From assembly GCA_905178155.1 (NCBI GenBank), contig CAJINV010000005.1:1924054-1988053 (forward strand): a DNA stretch of 64,000 nt, in the 5' to 3' direction. This document shows, one piece after another, positions 60,801-64,000 of this stretch. Every line of letters starts with the position of its first letter. Position 1 is the first letter of the stretch. The DNA comes from Amoebophrya sp. A120 (Eukaryota; Protista; Dinoflagellata). The notes beneath the pieces were generated by a model that was not told where the DNA came from, ran no database searches, and was given only the letters and a program-made list of their open reading frames with translations. The position numbers and the translations under genes are program-made.

Positions 60801-61119
60801 CTACCTGCTCGGCGTGCCTGATAGCGATATCAAGGTGGAGAGTTAACGGTGCTCAGTCATTACATTTTTGTTCATGCGCAAAAAAAGATTCACCGCGTGC
60901 ACGTGTTGCAAAAAGCAGTCTGTACTTGTCTCCGCTCAGGCCTGGTGGTGCCAGCATGCAGAGGAGTATCTGACTCGGTGCCTCCAACCTCTGCACTAGG
61001 AACGCGAGTGGGTCGGCGGGCTGCTCCTTGATCAGGTCCTTCATGAGGTCGCGGAGGAGGAAGTAGGCCTCATGGCCCTCCAGGTACCTGGCGGCCTCCT
61101 CGACAAACTCTTTCGACAT
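57882..61119 (-). CDS. Adenylate kinase 8-like protein (N-terminal RIIa/Dpy-30-type docking domain, AK domains)
   Basis: N-terminal LLRDLMKDLIKEQPADPLAFL. P-loop VLGPLGSGRSTQA restored by removing element 59540. Also RLRQADC...RGWVLDGFPQT and RRVDPATGEYY; stop at 57882. Confidence 0.85.
57917..58170. mobile_element. Introner family A
   Basis: TSD ATCCC/ATCCC. Confidence 0.9.
58919..59056. mobile_element. Short introner (family D-like)
   Basis: TSD TCTGA/TCTGA; removal gives GDRLR|QADC. Confidence 0.8.
59121..59442. mobile_element. Introner family C
   Basis: TSD TTGAA/TTGAA. Confidence 0.88.
59540..59791. mobile_element. Introner family A (252 bp)
   Basis: TSD AGCAC/AGCAC; splits the adenylate kinase P-loop strand. 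Confidence 0.93.
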
Positions 61120-62231
61120 TTTTATTTGTAAAACTTGCCTTTTATCAATTTCCCCAAGTCTTTAAACAAAAAATTTTCAACATCCCCGTCCTATCTAGGG
61201 GACAGCGAAAGGTTTTCTTTGCTACACGATTGGCAGATTCTTTTATTTTTGAACAAGATACTGTAGTACTACTGCACGAGCATGGGAACAAGAAGACCAA
61301 CGTCGGGAGGTCCATCGATAATGCAAGAACTCTTCCCGAAAACAATAATTTTTCACGTAGTTGTACTTCTGCCACAAAGTAGACCCTCCTCATACGAACC
61401 GATTCCCCTCAACACCTCGAAAATACCAGTGTCACTCAGCGGAAGGTCTGTTCACCACGTTCTACGAGAATAGAAAAATCTTCAACGACCCGGAAAGCGT
61501 CTATTTTCACCTTCCCCTCAGAATGATTTCTTGGCACGCTTCAAAAGTCCAACTCGACGAGGACGACGTAAAAATATTTCATTTCAACTAATCGAAAAAG
61601 GACTTTCTTCTAAACTATCTTCCACAAGAAAACGAGGACCACGAGTTGTTTCTATCTCTTGGAATAGTACCCAAATACTTCCAGATGAGCCTTCTCACCA
61701 CGACAACAAATGACTCAACTGCAGTCGCAACCAGCAAAAATAATGCCCACCACTCTCTTCGAGGCAATGTGGAGGCAGAATTGACATTCGCCATATAGAT
61801 GAAAATCATCAATTATTGATTGTCATTTGATTTCTCCCCATTGTACTCTTACTTGAGAGCGGTTTCTTATCTGGCCAGCAGAAGCTGCTTTCCAGCCTCG
61901 CAAATGTATTTCTTTTCATGGAGTTGTCGCTATGAAGAGTTAAAGAACCAGGTCGTTTTAGAGGTGTCGCATAACAACAACATCAGAAAATAGTAGATCG
62001 CTAGGTCGTCGCATAAATTAGATAAGTACTTGCTGACTTTTGCTCCGTGTAAGAAAATTGTAGCATAGGATCACAATCTCGATTGAAAAAATTCTTCACA
62101 TTAAATCGGCGCAACAACAGCGACCTGCCGTGTGCTGGGTCGTTCGTGTCAAAATAACAATACGTATGATTATGAGCAAGTTCATTAGCTTTAGTGTGTA
62201 GAATTGGTGTCGCATACCACTGTGAAGAAAA

Positions 62232-62868
62232 TCATTCTTCCTTCACCTGCTGCAACATTCTGACCTTATTGGTCGAACTGTTATCATCAACATCTTCCAC
62301 TACGTCGCTCTCCGGAATTGTCACCGACGGTCGCGAGGCAGTCGCACCAGAAGTTGTGGCTGCTCCCGCTGTGTCCTCGCTAGCTGTGGTGGCCGCAGAT
62401 CCGTCCTCAACTACTGGCGCGGCTGGCGGTATATGGATTGCAAATATGTCTGGGTCTGGAAGGATCCCAACTTGTGATGCTGCCTTTGGATTCTACACAG
62501 AATTCGTATTTCATGAACAGCAAGGGAGGTCAAGTTTTTGCTACACAGAGAGGGCATTTCTCATGCAGTACGGGCATCAGAAAGCCGTCAAGAAAAACTC
62601 TGTGATGCTAGGGCATGCATCACAGACGCCATGGGTTATGCAAAGTGTCCATGACAAACATCTGCATTCATCCAGACCCAGACATATTTGCATTCCATAC
62701 GGTACGACACGACATGGCAATTCGCTTTCCCCGAACGCGATTTTCCAGACATCGTCGTACTCTTTCGCGTAAAAGATTTCAATGTTCTCCTTCAAATACG
62801 CCGGCAACGCATCCACATCCCTGCGGTTGCCCTCCGGGAAAATCAGTTTCTCACAGGCGGACCGTCTT
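62232..62868 (-). CDS. LON: Lon protease (peptidase S16), C-terminal exons; the gene continues beyond the window
   Basis: RRSACEKLIFPEGNRRDVDALPAYLKENIEIFYAKEYDDVWKIAF matches the Lon C-terminal segment; followed by introner 62432 and a low-complexity tail. Confidence 0.8.
62432..62699. mobile_element. Introner family A'
   Basis: TSD CGGTA/CGGTA. Confidence 0.9.
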
Positions 62869-64000
62869 TATCCAGAGTAAAAACGTCCCCACCCCATAGT
62901 CAAGAGGTAAAAATTACCAAGATGAGTTATTTGAATTGAATGAATAAGAAAATTTGCAAACAGAGGGCGCAGCGTGGCGCCGACAACAATGATCAGCAGA
63001 TATGTTGGACGGGATCAATTCGCCGAGAAGTAGTCAGCGAGCGGACGCGTCTCCGACATACATTTGCTTGTGCGCCGGATCTCCAGCTGAGTTTTTTACT
63101 GGGCGCGAGCGCCGAGTAGGGGAGGTCGCTTCTTTCGCTTTCACACAAGAATGCGGCTCGGCGAGAAAAGCCGCAAGCCAATGGCCCAAACAGAATTAAT
63201 TCGGGCCTGAATTAAATCCGCCACCACAGGCCTCACCCCGGGGCCCACGGGGGGGGAAAAATAAAAAAATCTCACTGGGCGGGAAAAAAATTCGTTTTTC
63301 CCGCCCGGAAAAAAACGAATTAAACGAATTAATCGAAAAAAAACGCGCCCAAAAAATTTGACAGGGAAATCACACATGAAATCCTGACCCAGCCCGCGGG
63401 GCCGGACCCGGAAATTAATTATTTTTAATTCCCCCTCCTGGGAGATTTTTTTTTCGATTTAATTCGAATTGATTCCGCCCCTGCTGGGCCAAAATTAAAT
63501 CCGACTCAAGGGCCAGGTTTGAATCAGGCCAAATTTTACTCGGTGCGTGGGGCCCTGTTTTTCCGGGGATGGTTTTCGTCTGGAGAAAACGCGAGTCTCC
63601 GTCGCGTCAGCATGCAGCTCCAGCAGCCATCACATCATCTGCGAGGGAGCTTGTGCAGGCCGGGCAAAACACCAACAGAAGCAAAGGACCACAACCCCAA
63701 ACAATGATGTCAACCGCTGAGCATATCAAGTCGCGCCTCCAGGTTCTGCAGCTGCAAAAAAAAAATAATTCATTTAAATGGATTAACTCATCTTGGTATT
63801 TGGACCACATAACCATAGTCAAGATGGGGAACCTGCTACACAAATCGGCCAGCTTTGGCTGTTGCGCATGACAAGTCTCGCTTCCTAGTGTAATCGTGTT
63901 GAGCTAGTTCAGCAGCATCACAGATCTAGAATGGCATGCTGATTGGAGCATCACAAATCGCAAAACACCACTCTAAAATGCTGCTCATGGGGCTCCGCAT
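62869..64000. mobile_element. Introner family B2, interrupted by a 907-bp insertion and running off the window end
   Basis: Left TIR TATCCAGAGTAAAAACGTCCCCACCCCATAGTCAAGA; body resumes at 63825 matching the reverse complement of copy 13355. Confidence 0.85.
62906..63812. mobile_element. Nested non-autonomous TIR/foldback-like element
   Basis: 12-bp direct repeat CCATAGTCAAGA (62894-62905, 63813-63824); subterminal perfect inverted repeat TACCAAGATGAGTTA/TAACTCATCTTGGTA. Confidence 0.75.

Overview
This is eukaryotic DNA, most consistent with the parasitic syndinian dinoflagellate Amoebophrya. That assignment is inferred from the co-oriented genes, inverted-repeat non-canonical introns and a dinoflagellate spliced-leader relic. 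About 11-13 genes all lie on the minus strand. Recognisable products are a divergent CLC-family channel/transporter, an LPAAT/LCLAT-type acyltransferase, phytochelatin synthase, a cGMP-dependent (PKG-like) kinase, an AK8-like adenylate kinase and the C-terminus of a Lon protease; the rest are hypothetical proteins. The dominant feature is about 46 short (mostly 110-430 bp) MITE-like 'introners' from 6-7 unrelated families. They share TAT...ATA-type termini with terminal inverted repeats (TIRs), a 5-bp target-site duplication (TSD) and multiple copies of an internal GCAT[G/C/T]ACA motif. Where I checked, removing an element plus one TSD restores the host reading frame, without GT-AG boundaries and in either orientation. 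Three introners carry nested insertions with long direct repeats, including a 1.6-kb retrocopy that begins with the 3' end of the dinoflagellate spliced leader. A separate 1.56-kb TIR element with internal repeat arrays is also present. No autonomous transposase, rRNA, tRNA or CRISPR was recognised. Gene boundaries were read by eye and are approximate wherever canonical introns are involved.
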